From: Eremomyces bilateralis CBS 781.70
Lineage: Eukaryota
Length of the DNA: 64,000 nt
Assembly (NCBI GenBank): GCA_010015585.1
Contig: ML975153.1
Strand: one strand, 5' to 3'
The notes under the pieces are model-generated. The model did not search any database and was not told the DNA's origin. It was given only the letters and a program-made list of their open reading frames with translations. The position numbers were made by a program, and so were the translations under genes. Positions within the stretch are counted from its first letter, which is position 1. Each line of letters starts with the position of its first letter. Below are positions 10,393 through 21,331 of this stretch, one piece after another.

Positions 10393-12304
10393 ATGCACGA
10401 TGAGCCAACTGTTGCCGGCCCTTCTGGACTGCCGGAGGAGGAGAGAGATGGGGAACATGATACCTTGAAATACAGCCTGCTTGGACCGTCGTTAACAAAA
10501 GCTGGACAGGATGCGGTGGATCAGAAGAAGGTATTCCGTGTTCCCTAAAAATCGCAGTCTATACCAGACGGTCTGACTCTTCCAGGTCTCGGAGATCATC
10601 TACCACGCCTCTAAAGGCTCCAAGTTCTTCAATAACGAAGAAGTCAAAGACCGGACTCTCACCGAAAAAATCACCCGCATCCTAGCCCGTAAACGCCAGC
10701 TCGAGCGCCTCGATCTTACCTCCGACATCCGTCGCGCAGACGACTACATCGCCGAACTCGACCTCGGCCGCGACCTCTCCCAAGTCGTCGTCCACCTCGA
10801 CTGCGATGCCTTCTACGCCGCCGTCGAGGAACTGGACCGTCCCGAGCTGAAGAACCTCCCCTTCGCCGTCGGCAAGGGCGTGCTCACGACATGCAATTAC
10901 GAGGCGCGGAAGTTCGGTTGCCGCAGCGGCATGGCGAGCTTCGTGGCCATGAAGCTCTGCCCGAAGCTGATATGCCTGCCGTTGAACTTCGATAAGTACT
11001 CCGCGAAAGCGGAGGAGGTGCGCGCCGTCATCGCGCGATATGACCCGCGATTTGAGAGCGCGAGCATCGACGAGGCGTATTTGAATGTTACGGAGTATTG
11101 CAGACTACACGAACAGACGCCGTGGGACGCCGTGGCGCAGATGCGGGAGGAGATCCACGAGACGACGAAGATCACGGTGTCTGCGGGCATCGCTGCAAAC
11201 GCGAAATTGGCGAAGATCGCATCGAATCAGAGGAAGCCGAATGGGCAGTTCCAGATCGCGCCGGAGCGGGATACGATCATGGAGTTCATGCGCGATCTGC
11301 CGACGCGAAAAGTCAACGGTGTCGGACGCGTCTTCGAGCGCGAACTCGACGCCGTCGGCGTCAAGACATGCGGTGACATCTACGCCGAACGCGGCCTCCT
11401 CAAGAAGCTATTCGGCGAGAAGGCATTCCTGTTTCTCATCCAATGTTACCTGGGCCTCGGCCGCACAAACATCCAGCCGGCGGAGGAATCCGAAAGGAAG
11501 AGCGTTGGGACTGAAAGCACCTTCGGTGACCTCAGCGGCAAAGACGTGCTGCGCGCAAAGCTGCGATACAGTGCGGACGAGCTCGAGAAGGATCTCGAGC
11601 GCACGCAGGTGAAGGGCCGAACCCTCGTCCTGAAGATCAAGCTGCACACGTACGAAGTCTACACGCGCCAGGTCGTCACCCCATTCGCGGTCCACAAAGC
11701 CGACGATCTCTACCGGTTCGCGCTGCCCATCCTGGCCAAACTGGAGAAGGAGATGGGGGACCTGAAGCTCCGATTGATGGGTCTTCGGGTGACGCACCTC
11801 GTTAGCACAAAGAAAGAAGGGATCGATTTCTTCGGAATGCATGCGCGTCCGAAACCGCCGTCTGAGAGCGTGAAGGCGAAGGTTGAGGACGAGGGCGAGT
11901 GGGAGGTCTGGCCCGAGGAGGAATTCGAAGAAGCCGCACGTCAGGAACGGCAGGATGAGATGAACGAAATCGAGGCGCTCAGCCAAGATCCCCAGGACGC
12001 AGTTGACCGCGGAGACGATCCTCCTGCCGAAGGACCAACGCAGCCTCAAGCCTCAGAGTCGTGGTTCTGCCCGATCTGCTCACTCCCCCAGCCTGCCAAC
12101 GACCGAGTATTCAACGCGCATATCGACTTCTGCCTTTCGAAGCAGACCATCCGTGACGCGGTCAAGGACACGAGCGATGCCATGCCCGATCGAGGACCGC
12201 GCAAAGATCCCACGACGAAACAACCTGCAACCGTGCGAGGGCGCAAGAGGAAGATGGCTGAGACGAGGGATCGGCCGTTGAAGCGGTCTCCGTTTACGAT
12301 GTGA
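10393..12304 (+). CDS. POLK: DNA polymerase kappa (Y-family, DinB)
   Basis: Exon 1 10393-10530 (…KYSLLGPSLTKAGQDAVDQKK), intron 10531-10585, exon 2 VSEIIYHASKGSKFF…VHLDCDAFYAAVE…SIDEAY…; C-terminal UBZ finger CPICS…HIDFC. Confidence 0.95.
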
Positions 12305-12629
12305 CGAATTTCATGAGGGTGCATTGCATGGTTTGGGGTTGGTAGTGTACATAAGTCGCTTGTTTAAATCTCTAAACAATGCAGGTATTTTGCTATGTAT
12401 TTGTCAACTTAACCATGACCCTGTTCTTCGGATTCCTTTTTTAGGACCCCAGACAGATCTCTACAGCTCGCATGTCCAATACCAACCCGTAGAGCCGCAA
12501 AGAGCAAGACTTCACCCACCGTACCCAAAAAACCAAAGCTCGTAAATCATTCATATATCAATAGCGCCGCCTTTGACCCCACACACAATGCATATAACCA
12601 GAAAATGGGATCGCCTGAAGTCCCAGACA

Positions 12630-14768
12630 TTACAACCCAACCGCCACCCCACCCATCACCGCAGCCAGCGTCCACCATGCCCCGCTCTCCCAACCCTTCC
12701 TTCCACCACTACTTGGCGTCCCCGTGCCACTCGGCGTCCCTGTTCCCGTCGTTTTCCCGCTCCCACCACCAGTACCGCTCGGCACCGTCAACCCCGTCCA
12801 TTCATACCTGCCACTCCCGCTCGCGCTCGCGCTCGCGCCCGTCACCGTCGCAGTCACGCCATTGACCACAATAAGCGACTCCGTCGCACCGGACGCGGCG
12901 GCGGTCGTGTAGAGGACTATAGTTGAGGACCCTCCGGCGCCGGGGGAGGAGGGAGGGAGGGTGATGGGCGTGCCGGGGGAGATGATGGTGCCGCTGATGA
13001 CGAGGGCGGAGGGAATCGCGGTGAGGGTGACGCCGTTGATGGCGAGGGTGGTTTTTGGGCCAGGGAGGGTGGCGGGGATGAGCGCGGTGGTGGCGGAGGG
13101 GGTGTCGGGGTTAGCGATGATGAGGATGCCGACTCCGTTGGTGGAGGAGGAGTCTCCGGAAGGGTTGGCGGGGGTGCCGCTGGGGTTGTCGTTGTTGGCG
13201 GGATTGGCGAGGTAGCCACTGGGGTTGCCGTTGTTGGAGGAGGGATTGGCGGTGGAGATGGCGACGGGGACGCCGCTGACGGTGGCGGTTTGGCCGGGGA
13301 GGAACGTCGAGTCGCCGATGATGACGCCCGTCGCGGCAGTGGGGACGCCATTGATATTTGTGGAGACGGGCACGGGGTTCGCGGTGATTTGAATACCATC
13401 GGCCAGAGTGATGGTAGCTGGTGAGCCGGATCCATCGTTCAGTGACCCCCCTGCGTTCTCTCCCTCTCCGCCTGCCCCTCCTCCACCAACTGAATTCATT
13501 CCTCCGTCCCCTCCTGCTGGTACTTGTGTAGCCTGTGGTGAACTAGAATCTCCTGCTGCTTGTGAAGTAACCATAATCACCCCTGTCGCTCGTGTCACTC
13601 CGCTTTGCCTGCTCATATTCTGCACGATGCTATCCTCGCCATTTTCAAGGCCCGCAGTGGACGAAGCGGGACTCGGCGACGGCGTCTTCGGACCATCGAG
13701 TGAGGACATCGAAGATTCCTGATGAACAAAATCAAAGTTCAATTCCGTCCGAGTGTGTGACACAGTCAGAAACAGTGCGCCGTTGAGAACGGCGATCGGC
13801 AGGCGGGCGGCCACTCCGCAGGCCTTGAAAGGGAGTTCGTCGGGGAACGCGATGTCCCAGAACGAGGGGCCAGTGCCGATGGTGCTGTCCACCGCAAGTC
13901 TCTCGCAGATATCTTCCGATTCCGGCGTCGATGTGCGAAGAGGAGCTGAGGGGTCGATGGGTGGGCAGGTGGTGGGATAGACATATGTTTGCGTTTTTCC
14001 AGGGTGCACAACACCTGAAACAAGGGCAAATAAGGTGCCATCCCGGTTCTTCTCATTGTCATCGCCGGGAAAGTCGACGGGGTAATCGTATGCGGTCTTC
14101 GGGAAAATGAAGTCCTCGACAGGTGGATGAGATTGGAATGGGACTGCGTTTCCGGTGTTTGTCATGCATGCCTCATAGGTTGGGAAGGTCCCGCTGATAG
14201 TCTCCTTGGGGTTGATGCTCGTCGATACCAAACTACCTGACCACGTGTAGTCGAGTGGATAGTCGGTATATCTGGTTGGGTAAGTGAGAACAGTGCTTGT
14301 TAACCCAAAAGGACCATTGTCCCAGGTGACTGTGGAGATGACGGTGCCGTCGGAATTCCATTCGGGTGCGGTATAACCGGCTGGAAGTTCGGCGTACTCA
14401 GTCACTATTTCCGTGGAATTATCGACAGAATTGATGACGGTGATTACAGTTGCTGCTGTTATGGTGGTGTTCACCGTATACCGCTGCCATATATAACCGA
14501 CCAAGTTTGGCTGGTAGACCAAGCAGTCATTCGTACATGATGGCGCGGGAGTTGGACTTGGAGGTGCCAGGAGTGATTCGGCTGGTGCATCTATCGTGCA
14601 ATAGCAAATGTTAGTGACACAGGATCTTGATACATGTGCATGAATCAGTGGGTGCCTCTCACCTGTCCGTTGTGGTGTCCCATATGCGACGTCCGCCGCG
14701 AAAAACAACAGAATCCATAGCCAACATCTTGCGAATGCGAATGGTGATCGGCCTTCAAGCTTCGCCAT
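12630..14768 (-). CDS. Secreted Ser/Thr/Gly-rich, probably GPI-anchored cell-surface protein
   Basis: Signal peptide (CWLWILLFFAADVAYG), in-frame 72-nt intron 14591-14662, Cys-containing N-terminal domain, Thr-rich repeats (VIIGDSTFLPGQTATVSGVPVAI) and a hydrophobic C-terminus (WWTLAAVMGGVAVGL). Confidence 0.8.
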   Translation of the reverse strand: MAKLEGRSPFAFARCWLWILLFFAADVAYGTPQRTGERHPLIHAHVSRSCVTNICYCTIDAPAESLLAPPSPTPAPSCTNDCLVYQPNLVGYIWQRYTVNTTITAATVITVINSVDNSTEIVTEYAELPAGYTAPEWNSDGTVISTVTWDNGPFGLTSTVLTYPTRYTDYPLDYTWSGSLVSTSINPKETISGTFPTYEACMTNTGNAVPFQSHPPVEDFIFPKTAYDYPVDFPGDDNEKNRDGTLFALVSGVVHPGKTQTYVYPTTCPPIDPSAPLRTSTPESEDICERLAVDSTIGTGPSFWDIAFPDELPFKACGVAARLPIAVLNGALFLTVSHTRTELNFDFVHQESSMSSLDGPKTPSPSPASSTAGLENGEDSIVQNMSRQSGVTRATGVIMVTSQAAGDSSSPQATQVPAGGDGGMNSVGGGGAGGEGENAGGSLNDGSGSPATITLADGIQITANPVPVSTNINGVPTAATGVIIGDSTFLPGQTATVSGVPVAISTANPSSNNGNPSGYLANPANNDNPSGTPANPSGDSSSTNGVGILIIANPDTPSATTALIPATLPGPKTTLAINGVTLTAIPSALVISGTIISPGTPITLPPSSPGAGGSSTIVLYTTAAASGATESLIVVNGVTATVTGASASASGSGRYEWTGLTVPSGTGGGSGKTTGTGTPSGTGTPSSGGRKGWESGAWWTLAAVMGGVAVGL

Positions 14769-16399
14769 GAGGGCAGCTTTTCTTCCCAAAAATCCAAACC
14801 TCTTCTATGCTCCCTGTATTGTGGTCTTGAATCGCAATCGCTTGGTTTAAGTATATTGTAACATCCACCGACGCGGAGGAATTAACATGCTGATAATAAT
14901 AGGGCGAAATTTTTTTTCAATTCGAGAATGAAGGACAGTTTAGCGTTCCACGCCATTCGGGATGGAATTGTCCTTGGTGGAATTGTCCTTGGTGATATGA
15001 ACAATCGTTCCACTGCTGTGTAGCAACTAGTAGGTACCGGTAGTTATCGCTTTATCTGTCGGTTCGACTGCGATTCCGTGATCACTTTATCCCTCAAACG
15101 GGTTCCTTCGCAAAACTCAATGATTGAATAACTTAGTGAGCGTTTGAATGATAGCAATAGATAATGAATGAATGAGTGAGTGAATAAATGGAAGAACGGA
15201 AGAATTGGACGCTGGGCGAGACTCAATCTTCTCCAGAATCTAGATCCCACTCCTCAGCTCCTGCGCCGATCGCGTTACCATTGGCACTTTGGTAGCCGAT
15301 GGCTAGAATCGCTGGGGTCAGATGGGAGATTGCTGATCGACGTAACAGCGACAAGTCGGGACTCGGGAGCATGCCGGTGGACTAGACAGTCGACTACAGG
15401 AGCGGAGAGAGTACTAGTGCCGACACCAAAGTTTCGTCGCACTATCTGCCGTGATCAGCCCATTAAGGCACCCACATCTTCAATGTTCAACAAACATGCC
15501 CAGTGCCCGGTCCACATGGGCCTCGCTGAGAGGCCTGACGGGCGTATGAATCTCTCTCTCTCTCTCCCCAGTGCCCGGTATGGCGGTATCTGAATCTCCC
15601 ACGTGCAACGCAATTACGGAGAACGGCGATGGATTTAAAGGCAGGGGAACCCCTCTCCATTTGGTCATTGTTTTGGAAGCCGAAACACTAGTTATTCCGT
15701 ACTAACCAAGATATTTTGTCCGGTCAGTTTTTCGGCTCTTAGCTCTAGCCTCTTGGCCGTTGAGGCTGGAGGGTCCGTGGGACGTTGAACGCTGGCTTGG
15801 CTTGGCAGGCTTGCGCCTTGCGGCACTTGCCGGCTTGCAAGTTGCATGGTCAGGAACTCAGTACATATTGAAGCGCCATCCAAGGATCGTGGGGTTCTTT
15901 AGTTCCTTGCATTTGTTGCACTAAAGCTTTAAGACACAGACACGGGTCATCTCCGAAGATTCGATATTCGGTAATCTGCAGCGCCACGGGATGGGCATTG
16001 GATCATTGGATGATTAATGCTGTGGCTTGGGCGACTGATGAAACAGGAAAATATCGCCCAATTGCTTGGAGTCGGCTGTCCATTTATGTCCAATGGCTGT
16101 ATGTTGTTGAAGCCATATCATCCAGAGGTAGAAAGGCTGCCCATTCTTCCAATAAGGGAAGAATACGTCCGTCAATGCCGAGAACTGAGAAGCGAATGGA
16201 TAGCTTCCAATAATAATTAATGATATTTCCAACTACAGCCTCGAAGCCACCGTCAATGGAGAACGCCAGCCTTTCCGTCCGCGAGGTTTCGCTTCCCTCT
16301 TTCTTTCACGGAAGTGCGTCTATTTGGGGCTCGAGGAGAGTTCATTGATACCATGATCATTCTATCCAATGCGTTTTAGCATCAGCTGGATTCTTGAAA

Positions 16400-17471
16400 A
16401 TGATCTTGTCAGCGAGCCTATGGTTGCACCTACTCTGTCTTGCTGCTCTCTTTGTTCAGCCTGTCTACCTGCAGGAGAGGGGGGCGGCGCCTACGGGCAG
16501 GGAAGATTTAGGACTTGTCAATTTCCCGTTGTCTGCGATAGTTGGTCAAGCGGCCCTTATCAGCTATACTGCTCCAGATTTGAACGTTGTAAGGGCATTT
16601 CCATTTCGCATCAAAGCTACGTCTCAGTCCGTCGGTGCTTTGCTGACTTGCGTTTCAAGCCTGTTACTATCACTCTACGAAAAGGAGATTCTCGTAATCT
16701 AAGGGTTGTCGAGGTTCTAACAAGTAGGCTGCCTACAACATCTCCCATAGATGCATGTCCCCGTTGTCCGCACTAACGTATTCGCAAGCTTCCGCCACAG
16801 GAGGAACTTACATATGGACGCCCTCGGCAGGTCTCGAGCCCGCTAGCGACTATGTGCTGGAGCTCAGCCAAGGGGGAGGAGATCCCAATTACTCGGCGCA
16901 ATTTGAGATAATGATCGGAGGGTCCAGCTCCACGGTGGCCGTATCCACCGCAACTGCTGGACCACCGAGACAGACAACGACGGGGGCCTCGTCACAATTG
17001 ATCCCACCAAGCCGTTCCTCGATCTCTTCTGTATCTACAACCACTCTCCCTTCCTCTGTCTCTGCCTCTGCCTCTGCCTCAGAGCCAGCATCGTCCGCTT
17101 CGACGAACCCTTCCAATACTTCAAGCCCAGCACCGGGACCGACTCCGGGAGGGAACACAGGAGCGAGCGGCGGCGGGCTTTCCACGGGCGAGAAAGTTGC
17201 CATCGGTGTCGCTGTGCCGATCGGCGTTATACTCATCGGCGCCGCAGGCTTCTTCATCGGACGAAGGAAGAAGCTTTCGCCCGCGGCGGAAGGTCGTGCG
17301 GAGGCGGCGGAGTTAGATGGAAAGGAATGGAGGGGGCCGGAATTACCTGCAAATGGAGGACAGGCGCTCGATGGTAGGCAGGTCGGAGGAGATGCACCGG
17401 CGGAGTTAGCGGCGCGGGATAGTGGAAGGGGAGGTGGAGGAGGTCAGGGGGTAATAGGTGAATTGCCTTGA
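16400..17471 (+). CDS. Single-pass membrane protein with Kre9/Knh1-like N-terminal domain, Ser/Thr stalk and cytosolic tail (3 exons)
   Basis: Signal peptide MILSASLWLHLLCLAALFVQP. Introns about 16589-16659 and 16724-16788. PVTITLRKG…GTYIWTPS…YVLEL…NYSAQF fits the Kre9/KNH-like domain. TM GLSTGEKVAIGVAVPIGVILIGAAGFFIGRRKK. Confidence 0.8.
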
Positions 17472-18138
17472 GGGGTTTTAAATAGGAAGGGATTTGGGGA
17501 CAATATTACCATTGAAACATGTGCTTGCGTGCTTGTTCGGAGTCTTCACAATACCATCTCAGGACATTCCCGTGCTGTCGGAAACATATGGACTGGTGAA
17601 CTTGAATTCAATCAGTCCAACGTAATATAGATATCTTCTCTGGCCCCGCATGACCGCATCCCAACACCTCATGTTCTTGGGGTAGTGTCATGTTCCACTA
17701 ATATGGGTCTCATTATCTCGTGTCATTCCTTGTAGCATGAGGAACACAAAGTTGAGGGGGGCGGTCCGTTCCGACTTGCCACGCCACTTTGTTCCTATTC
17801 CCGGTTAATGATGAATTGATGATATTGTTTGCACTGTCCTTCGGCTGTTGACCTCTGAACTCAACTTTGGTGCCGAACCCTGAATGAACTTGGTTCTCGG
17901 CCCCAATGATTGGGGTTGCCTATTGCGCGTCGCATGGAGCTGTGAGAGCAAGCTGGCAAGCTGGCAAGCTCCACGACGTGGTGACACAGACCACAGTCCA
18001 TCTACATGAGTGGGGGTGATTTAGAAGCGAGATTCTTACCGCTATTTATCCAAAAACCACCAGCCCCGTCGACTTGCTCGGCGCAAGTTGTACAGAAATT
18101 TCAGCAACCGACCGAGAGCGGTTCAGCTATGCAAGGAA

Positions 18139-19983
18139 ATGGATATCATCGCGGAGCTCAAAAGGCTCCCTCCGGCGGGAGTCGTCGTAGCATGCGTCGC
18201 TGTCGGGTGGTATCTTAGCCTCTTTGTCTACCGACTACATCTCCACCCACTCGCTAAGTTCCCGGGTCCCAAGCTGGCGGCACTGAGTAAATGGTACGAG
18301 TTCCACTATGAAGTGGTGCAGAGGGGCCAGTTCAGTCGCCATATTTCGGAGCTCCATGAGAAATATGGTGAGATTGCCTGGAAATATGCTGCGAGCGCAC
18401 CCTAATATCACCGATAGGTCCTGTGGTGCGCATTACTCCCCATGAGCTTCACGTTAAAGACAGTAGCCTCTGGGACACGTTGTATGCGAAGCACCCAAAG
18501 ACCGACAAGTATGCATGGATGAATGGTCGGTTCGGCAACCATGGTTCGATCTTCACTACGTCGGATCAGGCTCTGCACCGACTTCGCCGCAGCGCACTGA
18601 ACCCAATGTACGACATTTCAGTGGTCGTTGATCTTCTACAATGTTGCCACTTGCTCATCTGATCAAGTAGGTTCTCTAAACGAGCAATTGGCCAGTTTGA
18701 GCCATTTGTTCGGGGAAAGGTCGATTTCTTCTGCGACAGAATCGCGAAATACAAAGGCACCGGCGAGGTATTGGCCGTCAACAAACTCTGGAACGCCTAT
18801 GCGGGCGATGTGATCACAGAGTATTCATTTGGATTCAACTACGATCACTTGGCATCAGAAGATTTCAAGGAGACCTTCCACGATGCGTTCATGGCCGTCA
18901 GCGAGTTTGGGCACATTGCCTTGCAGTTCCCCTGGGTTACACCTGTAAGTCTGGTTACTCGGAGACGAACATTCGAAAGACATTAACAAGGTCTTCGCAG
19001 CTGTTGAACATGTTGCCGGATGATATGGTGCAGAAAATGAATCCGCCACTCGAGAAGCTACTGCAGCTCCAGCGCGTATGTGGCATCGAAAGGACGGCCT
19101 CCACATGTGCTAATTGTTCGTACAGGATCTCCAGAAAACCATCTTCCGCATCGGTCAGGAGAGAGATCAGATGGACAAGCAACCGAAGCAGCCGACAATC
19201 TTCCACGAGATCTTGCAGTCCGATCTTCCTTCGCAGGAGAAGATGCTGAAGCGGCTAGGAGACGAAGCGCAGACGATCATCGGTGCCGGTCTCACGACCA
19301 CGGCCTGGGCTCTCACCAACATCATGTATTATGTCCTCGCAGACACACAAATCCATGCCACCCTCCGCAAAGAGCTTCACGACGCCGTGCCTGACCTCTC
19401 CTCCCCAGATGCGTTGAGCTTCCAGAAACTAGAGCAGCTGCCGTTCCTGCGAGCCTGCATCCGAGAAGGCATCCGTCTGTCGCACGGGGTGACGGCGCGG
19501 AATCCCCGAGTCCTCAGCGTGCCATTGACCTATGACGAATGGACGATCCCGCCGCAGACTCCCGTGTCCATGACCATCACAGACGTGCATTTTGACCCGG
19601 AGATTTATCCGAATCCAACCGAGTTCGTGCCTGACCGGTGGATGAGCAATCCCAAGGCACAGGACGGGAACTCGCTGGACAGGTACTTTGTTGCCTTCGG
19701 GAAAGGGCCGAGGCTCTGTTTGGGCATCAAGTAAGTCTAAACTCATTTTATGGCGTCGATTAGGGAATGTCCGCCTCCCAGAACGCTGAAGCTGACTGGT
19801 ACTGTGTATAGTTTGGCGTATTTGGAGCTCTTCACAGCGATTGGATCAATCTTTCGGCGTTTCCGCTTCGAGCTTTACGAAACGGACCTCTCTGATGTTA
19901 TCATTGTGCACGATTTCTTCTTGCCAAGTCCGAAGCTTGACTCAAAGGGAGTTCGAGTGAAGGTTGTCAATGTAGAGAGCTAG
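18139..19983 (+). CDS. Cytochrome P450 monooxygenase (trichodiene-oxygenase-like group), about 6 exons
   Basis: YRLHLHPLAKFPGPKLAA, GPVVRITPHELH, I-helix AGLTTT, EGIR (ExxR), PDRW and heme motif FGKGPRLCLG; canonical introns join the partial ORFs. Confidence 0.93.
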
Positions 19984-20054
19984 GATCCATTTTCCTTGCC
20001 AGTAGGCTCACATCACCTCATATTTCAATATCGGATTCATCAAATTCTGCCATC

Positions 20055-20246
20055 ATGTGCTCTCGGCATGTGTACACCAAATCATACGTCAACCGCACGC
20101 CTACTCCAAAACATGTCATAACCACGTACGGCTCCTAGCCTCTTTGCGTCCGAGACAACTGCGTGGGATACAAGGACGTCCATTTCGCCAAAGTCTACAA
20201 AAAGTGTGGTACTTGCCAGAAGTCCCGAAAGGAAGAAGGGAGCTTC
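20055..20246 (+). pseudogene. Possible small Cys-rich protein pseudogene abutting an LTR
   Basis: CATCATG context; MCSRHVYTKSYVNRTPTPKHVITTYGS*PLCVRDNCVGYKDVHFAKVYKKCGTCQK with TAG at 20136-20138. Confidence 0.35.
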
Positions 20247-20560
20247 TGTTGTGATATGATCACATGGGTTTGATCTCGTTAGAGAGGAACATCAGTCTCA
20301 GTAGAGTAGGTACACAAGCAGGTAAGCAGAGTATGTAGTTAGAGCTAACTAGTCGAAAGTAACTCATTTGAGTTAAACGTAAGACCTAGAGAATGGAGGT
20401 CTTGCTTCCTTATATTCTGTATACTAGATGTGCTTCCTTATCTTCTTAGAGCCCTTTATTGTGACCGAAGTGACCGTAGTGACCGCTTGTGGCCACTTTG
20501 GCCACGATAGCCAAGTACGCCACGATGCTTATTATACTGTAAGAGATCCTCGTCGTGACA
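20247..20560 (-). mobile_element. Probable solo LTR (314 bp)
   Basis: Bounded by TGT…ACA (minus strand TGTCACGA…TCACAACA). Internal 9-bp GTGACCG repeats (20461-20486), TATA-like and AATAAA-like motifs on the minus strand, TpA-rich. Flanking 5-mers (GCTTC / GTTGC) do not form a clean TSD. Confidence 0.5.
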
Positions 20561-21331
20561 GTTGCTGCAAGTAAGACATCGACGCCCACGACGGTCACTA
20601 ACCCCTCTGCTGTCAATGGTGTAACATGATTGGTAGTTCAAATACTTCCTTGTCCCGAGATCATAGCAAACCCCTCCAAAAACCTCCCAAAAACGGCGTC
20701 AGAAACCTCCGTTTTGGGAGGCAATTTCGGTAGCACACAAACGTTACTCTGTATGAAACTCGAGATTCGGTTACTGAGCCTGAACTTAGCATAAGCACTA
20801 GTTATAGGTACCGTAGTACCTAACCGTACCCAGTACTTAGAATGTAAATCTGTCATCCCTACCACCCGTGTTTACGGAGCCTAACGCTGATTCACCTTTT
20901 TAGGGAAGGCTCAACGCCCAACGGATTGCAAAGGCCTACGGAATAATTACCGTTTTATGTTTAAGCAGAAGATCGCCTGTTAGAGGATTTAGGGGCTCGC
21001 GGAGAATCTACAGGGTGCTGCGTTTTATTGGACGCCCTCTAACGCCATTGCATAGTATGCCGAGATCCCGAGACGCTGACTGCTCACCATTTACCAGGTG
21101 GCACGGGCACCGATATCAAGAGACAAGAAACACTGGCCATCGTTGCTGACAGTGTTTCTTTCATCTTAATACTTATCCGAGTGTCTATCACTTCCGAGTC
21201 TGTTAAGGGAACCCTCTAGAGTCATGATCGGGTACGACGTTCTTTGATATTTTCCCGTCCAATTGACTTGGATAGCTATTGGTGGAATCGGGTAGCGTTT
21301 TGGATGTCGAGTCTTGGATTCCTTTCTTGCG

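Noticed and set aside
14963..14994. 15-bp perfect tandem duplication TGGAATTGTCCTTGG
   Set aside because: Two copies only; consistent with simple slippage, no further structure.
15690..16260. Several 60-70 aa ORFs on both strands
   Set aside because: No family motifs or coherent splice pattern; cannot support a gene or pseudogene call.
18139..19983. Secondary-metabolite gene cluster around the P450
   Set aside because: No PKS, NRPS, terpene synthase, DMATS or cluster transcription factor in the window.
20683..20721. Hairpin CCTCCCAAAAACGG…CCGTTTTGGGAGG considered as a Helitron 3' end
   Set aside because: No CTRR terminus at the expected distance and no other Helitron evidence.
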